DNA of 64,000 bases from Gammaproteobacteria bacterium (GCA_050291745.1 JBNKKI010000127.1:1115-65114); one strand, 5' to 3'. Shown: positions 1 to 8,337, numbered from the stretch's first letter. The notes: generated by a model from the letters alone, not told the origin. Translations and numbers: made by a program.

Positions 1-247
1 AGGTGTAGGCGCATTATATTTGAACCGGATATCGACAGCTTTCCAGCTGCGTGATCATCAATCAGATCAATTATCCGGGGCTATAAAAAGTAGCAGTATC
101 TATTTACAGGAATCTGGTGAAGCAGGTAGCCTACAGCAAATTGATCTGGCCATTTGATCGTAGCAGGTAATACGACACTATTTATTGCAAACACTCCGGG
201 ATTTATACCCGGGCTTACCTTGTAAGCTAACTTGGCTGAAATCTTTT

Positions 248-300
248 AACCTGGAAAAATCAATTGAACGTAAAAAGATGCGTAACAGATTTTCCAGGTT
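248..300 (+). mobile_element. Family-2 miniature TIR element, internally deleted copy (53 bp)
   Basis: AACCTGGAAAAATCAATTGAACGTAAAAAGATGCGTAACAGATTTTCCAGGTT. The ends are inverted repeats. The left 44 nt match the 107-bp copy at 5492-5598. Flanked by TTAA on both sides. Confidence 0.6.
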
Positions 301-415
301 AAAAAAGCATAGAAATGTGACATACATCAGGTTTCTCCCGTACAGCAGGATCAGCATGTATACAAAACCAGAAATCTAACCTATAGAGTCATTATAACTT
401 CTCTGGATATTTGAA

Positions 416-724
416 ATGAATTCAAATGAAAAGAAAGATGCAATTATTGCCCGCTTTGTAAAAAGCTGGCAGTTTGAGAATTTCCCTCCAACATTAAAAA
501 AATTAATAGAAAAAGAAAAAAACATTGATAAATTAAGAATAGAGGAAGATTACCCTATTGGTGTTTATCGAAAAGTTGCAAAACATAAAGGTTTTATCTA
601 TGAATTTTTTTCCTCTTTTTTTGTCATGTCTTATAGTGCTGAAGAATTAAAAAAACTTCGAGCCAATCATATTCATAATTACCGGCCACATCTTTATTCA
701 AAAAATAAATTAAGCCACCCCTGA
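416..724 (+). CDS. hypothetical protein (102 aa)
   Basis: ORF only. Lys-rich, with no motif I recognise and no clear SD. Confidence 0.3.
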   Translation: MNSNEKKDAIIARFVKSWQFENFPPTLKKLIEKEKNIDKLRIEEDYPIGVYRKVAKHKGFIYEFFSSFFVMSYSAEELKKLRANHIHNYRPHLYSKNKLSHP

Positions 725-839
725 TAAGCAATTATTTAGAGAAATTACCAGGTTTAAGAAATAAAATTTAAAAATTATTATTTCTTAAATGCACCACTGA
801 TGAGATAATTAATTTTAATAACATCGTCAAGGAATTTAT

Positions 840-1439
840 ATGAAAACCAGGAATATCCATTTTATTTTTATACTTCTGATGACTTTTAACTCACTGCCTG
901 TCATGGCTTTCGGTCAGGGATTCCGTTTTGGTGTAGGTCTGGGCAGCTCCAGCTTTGAATTGAATGAACCCGGTTTGATCTCAAAATATTCATCCGTTAC
1001 AACCACCAGCAATATTACCGACAGTGCTACAGCTCTGACAATTTTTGGCGGCATTGAGTTTGACGAATATCTATCACTCAATACGGACCTTCTTATTCTG
1101 GGAGACATTACTTCCAGCCAGGGAGGCTTAAAAACAAAGCTGTTCGATGTATCCAGCATTGCAATAACGGCTGATCTATCACAACCACTGAGTGAAAGCA
1201 TCACTGGATTTGTCCGCTTAGGCATCCATTCCTGGGATATTTCAGAAGGCGATGACAATTCTTCAAGTATCGATACTGCTGTAGATTTAACCTATGGTTT
1301 GGGGCTGAATATTAATATATATGGTGATAAAAGCAGGCAAATCCGTGTCCAGTGGAATCGATATGAATATGATGGTGTATTCATCGATACAAGCGATACT
1401 GTGACACTAAGTCTAATGTTTTTATTTGGTACCCCCTGA
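840..1439 (+). CDS. small outer-membrane beta-barrel protein (OmpA-N/OmpW-like fold)
   Basis: Signal peptide MKTRNIHFIFILLMTFNSLPVMAFG. Alternating hydrophobic beta-strand pattern rich in G/S/T/Y/D. AAGGA SD upstream of the ATG. Confidence 0.6.
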   Translation: MKTRNIHFIFILLMTFNSLPVMAFGQGFRFGVGLGSSSFELNEPGLISKYSSVTTTSNITDSATALTIFGGIEFDEYLSLNTDLLILGDITSSQGGLKTKLFDVSSIAITADLSQPLSESITGFVRLGIHSWDISEGDDNSSSIDTAVDLTYGLGLNINIYGDKSRQIRVQWNRYEYDGVFIDTSDTVTLSLMFLFGTP

Positions 1440-1610
1440 ATCTGGTAAGCAATACCAGTTATTTAGTATCTGAAGTGGGGTTGCAGTCAGGATAGTGTCA
1501 GTGAGAAATCCTGAGGTTAGGTATTAATGCCTCCCGGTAAACAAGCTGAAAATAAGACTATTTCAGACATGCAAACCGGAAAGCTTTCACAGGATGTTTA
1601 GATAGTTTTA

Positions 1611-1849
1611 AACATGGAATCCGCAGTTGGACGAGTTGATTGTGCGTTTGAGGTGGTGTAGATCAAGGCGTAACGACGCGGAATAGCAAGCTATTCCAGG
1701 GCGTTACAACGAAGAGATACGCCGCCTCAAACGTGCAATTCAGTTCGTAGCGGGATTCACCGATTGGGTGATTATACACATCAACTGTCATGATTTATGA
1801 AGCAGTGGGTTAATCTCTATTACAAGCGGTCAACTGCGGAATCCAGGTT
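1611..1849 (+). mobile_element. Family-1 miniature TIR element (MITE-like), copy 1a of a tandem pair
   Basis: 239 bp. Left end AACATGGAATCCGCAGTTGGACGAG, right end GCGGTCAACTGCGGAATCCAGGTT (about 20-bp TIR). Near-identical to the copies at 1851, 16773, 24848 and 39576. Confidence 0.8.
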
Positions 1850-1850
1850 C

Positions 1851-2090
1851 AACCTGGAATCCGCAGTTGGACGAGTTGAAGTGTGCGTTTGAGGTGGTGT
1901 AGATCAAGGCGTAACGACGCGGAATAGCAAGCTATTCAAAGGAGTTACAACGAAGAGATACGCCGCCTCAAACGTGCAATTCAGTTCGTAGCGGGATTCA
2001 CCGATTGGGTGATTATACACATCAACTGTCATGATTTATGAAGCAGTGGGTTAACCTCTATTACAAGCGGTCAACTGCGGAATCCAGGTT
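1851..2090 (+). mobile_element. Family-1 miniature TIR element, copy 1b of a tandem pair
   Basis: 240 bp, separated from copy 1a by a single C (1850). Its last two nt plus the flanking A form the TAA stop (minus strand) of the CDS at 2089-3813. Confidence 0.8.
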
Positions 2091-3813
2091 AAAGTGCGTT
2101 ACAAACCTTCTGTTCTTTTGGATTCACTTCCTCCATTATGTTCCTACAGATGAGTTGTCTCGCTGACACATTGTCCCATAAGTCATGGGTGCCACCATTG
2201 ATGATTCTCAATTTATTCGGATTGTAGGTAGTAGAAACACCATCGCTACCACTTTTTTCAAAATAATAGGCATCATTGGCAGCAATACTACGAACATATT
2301 GACGCACAACTCCTACCGGATTCCAGTAACCACAATACCCAGTCCCATCATCACAGCCAAGTATGTCTGAATCTCCCACTAAAATGGCAATTTCATGATT
2401 AGTATGCAAATAGGATCGGAAGCTTTTATTCGAGATATTAACAACATCCTTGCTTGAACCGATACTGGTATGACAGTCATTAGAATCAGCGCATGTCAGG
2501 CAAGCATTCCCGGTATTGAAGATATCATCCAGCCATTGTTTTATGTCTTCACTTCGTATCACAGCACATTGATATGAAACATCGGCACCCAATGGACCAC
2601 TGACCATAATCGTGCGACCGACCAAAGAACGATATGCATTCTGGTATTCCAGCGCGCTAGCAGCAATCATACTACCTGCACTTGATCCAACGACGATTAC
2701 CTTACCCTGCAATAGATATTTCCCCGTTACATCCTTTTCGTTGGATTTTCCCTGTTTAATAATACTTGTCATCAATGCACTGGCATTTCTAAAGCTATCA
2801 TTGTGCTGCCAATAGCCACCACTGGTTCCAGGATTGACGTGCGCCCGTATAAGTCTTACACATTTTTGCCCCAGAACCCTTTCCATTTTTTCAACCTGTG
2901 AATTCGAATTACCGTGAGTTGTACCTTGTCCACCGGGAAAGCTAATGGCTGTACCATTAATATTTGAACAATGTTCTGTGTTGCTTAGATCCCAAATAAA
3001 CTCAACGAAATCATCCGGGCTGTTGGTAACCGTAAACTTGTAACCTACTTCACTCGGTATGGAAAATCGACCTGAATTGACCAGACTGCTGGATGTCTCC
3101 CTGACTTTCGCATATATTTTCTGACCGTTATATAGGGTTTTTTCCTCGTTTGTCAGTGTGACGCTAAAACGGTGATTCCCCGTCTGCCCGACATGCTCGC
3201 ACTCCCTGGCGACTGCTAATCCGCTGGGTTTTTCTGTTTGAACTGAATGTATTAATCGCTTATTCGCATAGATATCGACTATAACACTACTGGTATTTCC
3301 TTTTATGCAGGCCCAGCCATTAATGTTTTTTATTGCTTCTTTTTCATCGGATAAATCTGGTATGCCGTCAATAATTCCCAGACTTTGTGGTTGTGGTTGT
3401 GGTTTTGGGTTCGGTACAACAAAATTGCCCGACCGACCAAGAAGTCGATTGCTAACGCCTGAACCTATCCCGTGTATATAAATTTTTTTACCATGATGTT
3501 GTCGCTTTTGGGCTTCGGTAAAGGTGTAGTTAAATCGATGACGACCACTAACACCAGGATGCTGACAAGCATTATCTACGGCTTTTTCACTAGCAGCAAT
3601 CGCCATATAAGAAGCCAGAAATTGTCCTTTTCCTGCGGGTCCACCCACATATATGTGAATAGGAATGCTGGCAGTTCTTGTGGTAACACATGCCCAACCT
3701 CTGACATATGAATTGTTATAGACATTATCAATAATGCCAGTTACCTGAGCGGCAAATGTATTAAGGGGAAAGTAAGAAACTAAAAGCAATAAGATGAAAC
3801 CTGTTGTACGCAT
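2089..3813 (-). CDS. secreted alpha/beta-hydrolase (esterase/lipase-like) with a duplicated N-terminal domain
   Basis: Start moved to the ATG at 3813, which has a GGAGG SD 5 nt upstream. Signal peptide MRTTGFILLLLVSYFPLNTFAAQ. Two ~95-aa repeats (GIIDNV...IYIHGI and GIIDGI...IYAKV) are joined by a PNPKPQPQPQ linker. The C-terminal domain has a GSSAG nucleophile elbow, then GDSD and GGTHD (Ser-Asp-His order). Confidence 0.6.
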   Translation of the reverse strand: MRTTGFILLLLVSYFPLNTFAAQVTGIIDNVYNNSYVRGWACVTTRTASIPIHIYVGGPAGKGQFLASYMAIAASEKAVDNACQHPGVSGRHRFNYTFTEAQKRQHHGKKIYIHGIGSGVSNRLLGRSGNFVVPNPKPQPQPQSLGIIDGIPDLSDEKEAIKNINGWACIKGNTSSVIVDIYANKRLIHSVQTEKPSGLAVARECEHVGQTGNHRFSVTLTNEEKTLYNGQKIYAKVRETSSSLVNSGRFSIPSEVGYKFTVTNSPDDFVEFIWDLSNTEHCSNINGTAISFPGGQGTTHGNSNSQVEKMERVLGQKCVRLIRAHVNPGTSGGYWQHNDSFRNASALMTSIIKQGKSNEKDVTGKYLLQGKVIVVGSSAGSMIAASALEYQNAYRSLVGRTIMVSGPLGADVSYQCAVIRSEDIKQWLDDIFNTGNACLTCADSNDCHTSIGSSKDVVNISNKSFRSYLHTNHEIAILVGDSDILGCDDGTGYCGYWNPVGVVRQYVRSIAANDAYYFEKSGSDGVSTTYNPNKLRIINGGTHDLWDNVSARQLICRNIMEEVNPKEQKVCNAL

Positions 3814-4078
3814 AGTCGCCTCCATGTGGCTAATTTTGGTTGCTATTTGATAAATCCGTTCAGGTCAACTCCATTACTATAAGACAGTAAATGGAAAAAC
3901 CTGTAAGAATAATATTCTATTATTTAGAAACCGATCTTCGTAATACGCAGTTTTCCTGAGCGTCTTCTAAGCTTGGGAATAATAGACAGATGCCCCCTGC
4001 ATGAAAAGAGAAAAAAGTCAAAAAACATGATCCAGAATTTGAAAAGGAAAACACCGGCTATCATATTTACTTCAGTTT

Positions 4079-5302
4079 TTATGTCTCCTCAGTGTTTACC
4101 TGTGGTGATACCTGCAAGGGTAAGGCCAAAGATAGCAGCGCCGCCATCATCACAAAACCAAACGACCACCACAAACAGCCACTCAAACCCTGTGTCTGGT
4201 AAGCCCAGCCAGATAAAACTGTACCCGCCAGGCGTCCACCTGCATTCGACATGTAGTAAAAGCCTACATTCATTGCCACCTTATCATGATCGGAATAAGC
4301 TAGAATCAGATAGGAATGAATCGCAGAGTTAATCGCAAAAACAAATCCAAAAAGAATAAGACCAATAATAAGCACACTATCAGCTGGCCAGTCCTGTTGC
4401 AGTGCGATTGCTATGGCCGCAGGAAATAATGCCAGAATAAATACCCAGAAACGAGCACTATTAGCATTTGGTCCCAGCCCGTCATTAGTTTGTTTTAATA
4501 TTGCGGGAGATATTGCCTGAACGATTCCATAACCTATTACCCATAACGCCAGAAAAGCACCCACCTGAGCAAAACTCCAGCCTGATATTTCGTACAAAAA
4601 CACTGGCAAGCCCACAACAAACCAGACATCACGTGAGCCAAACAGAAAAAAACGCGCGGCAGATAGCCTGTTGATGGCAGGCACTTTAGAAAAGACTTCA
4701 CTGAATTTGGGTTTGCTTTTCATTTTGCCTACAGCTGAAGGTAATAGCAGTGCAGTCAAAATCAGTACGATAAGTAACGACAAGGCCAGCAAGGCCAATG
4801 CGCCACGAAAGCCGATCCATTCCAGTAAACCTGCTCCGATGAAAAAGCCAGCCCCTTTCAGTGCATTCTTGGAACCGGTTAAGAGCGCAACCCACTTGAA
4901 TAACGACGATGCCTCTCCATTGAGACTAATTGTTTTAACCGAAGCCTTAGCCGACATTTTGTTAAGATCTTTAGCGATTCCAGACAAAGCCTGAGCTGCC
5001 ATCACATAAGCCACATTTAAATAACTATCCGGCACTGTGAGTGCGGCAAGTGCTACCACCTGCATTGCCATACCAATATTCATCGTCAGATTAAGACCAA
5101 TTCGCGCGCCTAACCAGCCCCCAACCAGATTGGTGACGATACCGAAGAATTCATAAAACAAAAATAACATTGCCACCTGAAACGGCGAATAACCTAACAG
5201 ATGAAAATACAGCACAACCAGCATACGGATTGCACCATCAGTGATGGTAAAAGCCCAGTATCCTCCAGTGACAATCAGGTAATGACGTATTGCATTATTC
5301 AT
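4079..5302 (-). CDS. arsJ: MFS transporter, ArsJ-type (1-arseno-3-phosphoglycerate efflux)
   Basis: 407-aa polytopic MFS protein immediately downstream of a GAPDH gene on the same strand. This is the characteristic gapdh-arsJ pairing. Confidence 0.7.
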   Translation of the reverse strand: MNNAIRHYLIVTGGYWAFTITDGAIRMLVVLYFHLLGYSPFQVAMLFLFYEFFGIVTNLVGGWLGARIGLNLTMNIGMAMQVVALAALTVPDSYLNVAYVMAAQALSGIAKDLNKMSAKASVKTISLNGEASSLFKWVALLTGSKNALKGAGFFIGAGLLEWIGFRGALALLALSLLIVLILTALLLPSAVGKMKSKPKFSEVFSKVPAINRLSAARFFLFGSRDVWFVVGLPVFLYEISGWSFAQVGAFLALWVIGYGIVQAISPAILKQTNDGLGPNANSARFWVFILALFPAAIAIALQQDWPADSVLIIGLILFGFVFAINSAIHSYLILAYSDHDKVAMNVGFYYMSNAGGRLAGTVLSGWAYQTQGLSGCLWWSFGFVMMAALLSLALPLQVSPQVNTEET

Positions 5303-5491
5303 TCGATATTATTGCGGTTTAATGATATTGAATAATTGATTTCCAGTTCGAGTTTAAGCCTGACATTAAACAAAGTGAGCAACGCATAAATTCGCACCAG
5401 GGTCGGAGTTAATAGTAGTGCCGGAATAAAACTACTGACAGAATCAGTAACAGAATAGACATTATTGGCTATGGCTCATTTATTAAATTTC

Positions 5492-5598
5492 AACCTGGAA
5501 AATCAATTTAACGTGAAAAAGATGCGTAACAGATTGATTTTGTCAGCTGCATTAAGGTGTTACCTGGACTTTCATGATTCAATTGATTTTTCCAGGTT
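5492..5598 (+). mobile_element. Family-2 miniature TIR element, full-length copy (107 bp)
   Basis: AACCTGGAAAATCAATTTAACG...TTCAATTGATTTTTCCAGGTT with about 20-bp TIRs. Flanked by direct TTCAA on both sides. Overlaps the 3' end of gap. Confidence 0.75.
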
Positions 5599-6607
5599 CA
5601 ATAGCCAGCATATTAACAATATCCATCATGCGATGCACATAGCCCCATTCATTATCATACCAGGCATAGATTTTTACCTGAGTATCATTGATCACCATCG
5701 TGGACAGTGCATCCACAATTGATGAGCGTGTATCATTCAAATAGTCTATGGAAACCAGTGGACGCTCTTCGTAGCCAAGAATCCCTTTCAATTCGTTTTC
5801 AGAAGCCAGTTTGAAATACTCATTCACTTCCTCTACGCTCACTGCACGTTCCGCTTCAAACACAAAGTCTGTGAGTGAAGCATTCAGTAAAGGTACACGA
5901 ATAGCATGACCATTCAATCTGCCTGTCAGCTCTGGAAAGATTTTGCTGATGGCTTTCGCCGAACCGGTGGATGTCGGGATCAATGACTGGCTACAGGAGC
6001 GCGCACGTCGTAAATCCTGATGTCCTTTATCAACAATTGTCTGTGTATTAGTGATATCGTGAATAGTCGTCATGCTACCGTGCCTGATACCAATTTTCTC
6101 GTGCATCACCTTAATCACTGGTGCCAGGCAATTAGTGGTACAGGATGCTGCCGTAACCAGGTGATGGCGATCCGGATCATAATCATGATGATTGATGCCA
6201 TATACAATATTCAGTGCACCTTCGGTCGGTGCTGCCACAATCACTTTTTTCACACCCTGATCAAAATAGTGTTGAAGCTGTTGCGGATTTTTATGATGCT
6301 TACCCGTGGCTTCTATGACGATATCGCAGGCTGACCAGTCATCATGCTGAATACTTGCATAAGAAGAATAGCTGATGACCTGTCCATCAATATTTATTTC
6401 AGTATCATGTCCCTGTACATCTTTATTCCAGGTTCCATGCACTGAATCGAATGTCAACAGATGAGCTGAACCCGCCGCATCTACTGATGTTTCATTAACT
6501 TTTATAAAGTTAAAATATTGATTACCCCAGCCGGCTCTTAAACCCAGACGACCCATGCGTCCAAAACCATTTATTCCAACTTTTACAGTCATCACCGCCC
6601 CCTTCAA
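5579..6607 (-). CDS. gap: glyceraldehyde-3-phosphate dehydrogenase (ars-associated type)
   Basis: N-terminal [10 protein letters not shown] Rossmann motif, catalytic [10 protein letters not shown]-terminal WYDNEWGY. Sits upstream of arsJ. Confidence 0.9.
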   Translation of the reverse strand: MKGAVMTVKVGINGFGRMGRLGLRAGWGNQYFNFIKVNETSVDAAGSAHLLTFDSVHGTWNKDVQGHDTEINIDGQVISYSSYASIQHDDWSACDIVIEATGKHHKNPQQLQHYFDQGVKKVIVAAPTEGALNIVYGINHHDYDPDRHHLVTAASCTTNCLAPVIKVMHEKIGIRHGSMTTIHDITNTQTIVDKGHQDLRRARSCSQSLIPTSTGSAKAISKIFPELTGRLNGHAIRVPLLNASLTDFVFEAERAVSVEEVNEYFKLASENELKGILGYEERPLVSIDYLNDTRSSIVDALSTMVINDTQVKIYAWYDNEWGYVHRMMDIVNMLAIEPGKIN

Positions 6608-6627
6608 AATGATGAATTATGGAGTTA

Positions 6628-6927
6628 TCAGCAACAACCTTTGCCAGTTGAATTTGAGTCACTGCTACCAGAGCAACACCCACTATTAGTATCAGCCACT
6701 AGCCAGCTATTAATTTGTTCAGCAGATGGAATACCACCTGAGTGTACAACATTGCCATCAAGCACAACTCCTGGAGTCGACATGACACCAAAAGAGAAAA
6801 TTGCCTGCATATCTTCAACTTTTTCTAATTGAATTTCTATGCCTTGTTGTGTGGCAGCTTCTTCGATTAAACGCAGTGTAGTTTTACAATTATTACAACC
6901 GCTACCTAATACTTTAATATTTTTCAT
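6628..6927 (-). CDS. thioredoxin-fold small redox-active disulfide protein (TM0996/MTH895-like) with a Cys-rich tail
   Basis: MKNIKVLGSGCNNCK CxxC motif at the N-terminus of a ~77-aa Trx-like core. An extra C-terminal tail reads SGCCSGSSDSNSTGKGCC. Confidence 0.7.
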   Translation of the reverse strand: MKNIKVLGSGCNNCKTTLRLIEEAATQQGIEIQLEKVEDMQAIFSFGVMSTPGVVLDGNVVHSGGIPSAEQINSWLVADTNSGCCSGSSDSNSTGKGCC

Positions 6928-6951
6928 TTTTACTTTTTCCAGGTTTAGTTA

Positions 6952-7266
6952 TTAACAACAGGATTGGCCACTTGCAGTCGATGAACAGCAGTTATTACCT
7001 TCAGCTGCTGCAATCGATATAGCTTCTTCCTGATCAATCTTTTTATTATCATGAGTACTCTCGAGTTCATCAAATTGCTGATCCAGCATTTGAGCTGCCT
7101 CATCACGAATGTGTCGGGCTATTTCAATAGCCGCGTTAATATGTTCTTCACTGATACCCGCTTTACGTAATCTGCTTAGCTGACACTGCCCCATAGCAGG
7201 GTGATTACTGGCAATACCCGCTGCTAATGAAATCATTGCAACTATCGATGAATGTAGTTCAGCCAT
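6952..7266 (-). CDS. small AhpD/carboxymuconolactone-decarboxylase-like helical protein with a Cys-rich tail
   Basis: 104 aa. The helical N-terminal core resembles the CMD/AhpD-like fold (assignment tentative). The C-terminal tail reads NNCCSSTASGQSCC. Confidence 0.45.
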   Translation of the reverse strand: MAELHSSIVAMISLAAGIASNHPAMGQCQLSRLRKAGISEEHINAAIEIARHIRDEAAQMLDQQFDELESTHDNKKIDQEEAISIAAAEGNNCCSSTASGQSCC

Positions 7267-7275
7267 TTCTTTACC

Positions 7276-8337
7276 TTATAAAATAATATTAAACAGAAAC
7301 CCGACCACTAAGATTCCACTGGCCACGGTTGCTACAAAAGTCATAATTAATCTAATTTTCAGTACTTTACGCAAAATGAGTATCTCAGGGAGCGATAAAG
7401 CAATAACACTCATCATAAAGGCCAGTGTTGTGCCCAGTGCAGCACCTTTCCCGATCAATGCTTCAACAACAGGGATAACACCTGCAGCATTTGTATACAT
7501 AGGCACACCCAGTCCAACCGCAGCTGGAACAGACCACCAGACATCTTTACCCATAATAGAAACCATAAAATCTTCTGCAACATATCCATGTATTAAAGCG
7601 CCTACAGAAATACCTATCACAATATATGGCCAAACCTTCCATACAATTTCTTTTACATGCTGCCATCCGGTTATAAAACGTTTTTCCCAGTTCATTGTTT
7701 CATTATTGACTGCAACTCCCTGCCCTGACTGAATATCTCTCACCCAGTCCTGTAAATGATTTTCCATTTTCAACTGACCAATAATCAGCCCGGCAATAAT
7801 GGCTATAGACAATCCAAGCACAAGATAGAGCGCAGCTATTTTCCAGCCAAACATGGCAAATAGAAGTGCTAACGCAATTTCATTAACCATCGGTGCTGCA
7901 ATCAGGAATGAAAAGGTAATACCCAGCGGTACACCAGCAGACAAAAAACCAATAAAAAGAGGAACTGCAGAGCATGAACAAAACGGCGTCACAATACCGA
8001 GTGTGGCAGCCAGTGTATTACCGATACCAAGTCGCTTACCGGCTAATAATGAACGGGTTCTTTCCGGGGAAAAAAAAGTCTGTATGATCCCCATAACAAA
8101 TACAACAGCAACTAAAAGCAGGATAACTTTTGGCGTATCATAGATAAAAAAGTGGAGCGCCTCACCCATATGCGAACTACGATTTAAACCGCTTAAGGAC
8201 AATAGCGCATCAGCCATAGGTAATAGCTGGGAATACAGGAATATCCATACTACGGCGGCAAAAGCGATACCTGTCAACCATGCGGGAAGGTTGCGGGATA
8301 ACTGAGGATCTGGAGCTTGTGTAGTTGATTCATTCAT
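7276..8337 (-). CDS. ArsP/DUF318-family permease
   Basis: 353-aa polytopic membrane protein with the TPFCSCSAVPLF vicinal-Cys motif typical of this family. This family is commonly paired with the small Trx-like protein found next to it here. Confidence 0.7.
   Translation of the reverse strand: MNESTTQAPDPQLSRNLPAWLTGIAFAAVVWIFLYSQLLPMADALLSLSGLNRSSHMGEALHFFIYDTPKVILLLVAVVFVMGIIQTFFSPERTRSLLAGKRLGIGNTLAATLGIVTPFCSCSAVPLFIGFLSAGVPLGITFSFLIAAPMVNEIALALLFAMFGWKIAALYLVLGLSIAIIAGLIIGQLKMENHLQDWVRDIQSGQGVAVNNETMNWEKRFITGWQHVKEIVWKVWPYIVIGISVGALIHGYVAEDFMVSIMGKDVWWSVPAAVGLGVPMYTNAAGVIPVVEALIGKGAALGTTLAFMMSVIALSLPEILILRKVLKIRLIMTFVATVASGILVVGFLFNIIL

Noticed and set aside
1-157. A frame open from the left edge, ending ...ESGEAGSLQQIDLAI* (stop at 155-157). 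It could be the 3' end of a gene.
   Set aside because: Only about 52 codons are visible and I recognise no motif. It cannot be supported as a feature.
185-379. 64-aa ORF in the track.
   Set aside because: It is read largely through the family-2 repeat (248-300) and is Arg/Lys-rich low-complexity sequence with no SD. It is most likely spurious.
914-1258. Numerous antisense or overlapping ORFs in the track, e.g. 914-1258, 4671-4994, 7376-7732, 12307-12621, 27953-28297, 35330-35707, 38128-38622, 42951-43196, 46825-47103, 55129-55491, 58307-58582, 61345-61620.
   Set aside because: Each lies inside a longer ORF with strong family motifs on the other strand or frame. Their compositions are Ser/Arg/Cys-rich, typical of antisense read-through.
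1611-2090. Possible CRISPR array or tandem satellite.
   Set aside because: There are only two units of ~240 bp with no spacers, and each unit has its own TIRs and occurs dispersed elsewhere. No cas genes are present.
3973-4332. 119-aa plus-strand ORF spanning the arsJ 3' end.
   Set aside because: It is antisense to arsJ, low complexity (Pro/Ser/Thr-rich), and has no SD.
5465-5722. 85-aa plus-strand ORF.
   Set aside because: It lies across the family-2 MITE and is antisense to the well-supported gap gene.
6937-6947. TTTTCCAGGTT here, and AACCTGGGAAAATCA at 43855-43870, resemble solo family-2 termini.
   Set aside because: Only 11-15 nt match and there is no adjacent element sequence. Chance occurrence cannot be excluded.
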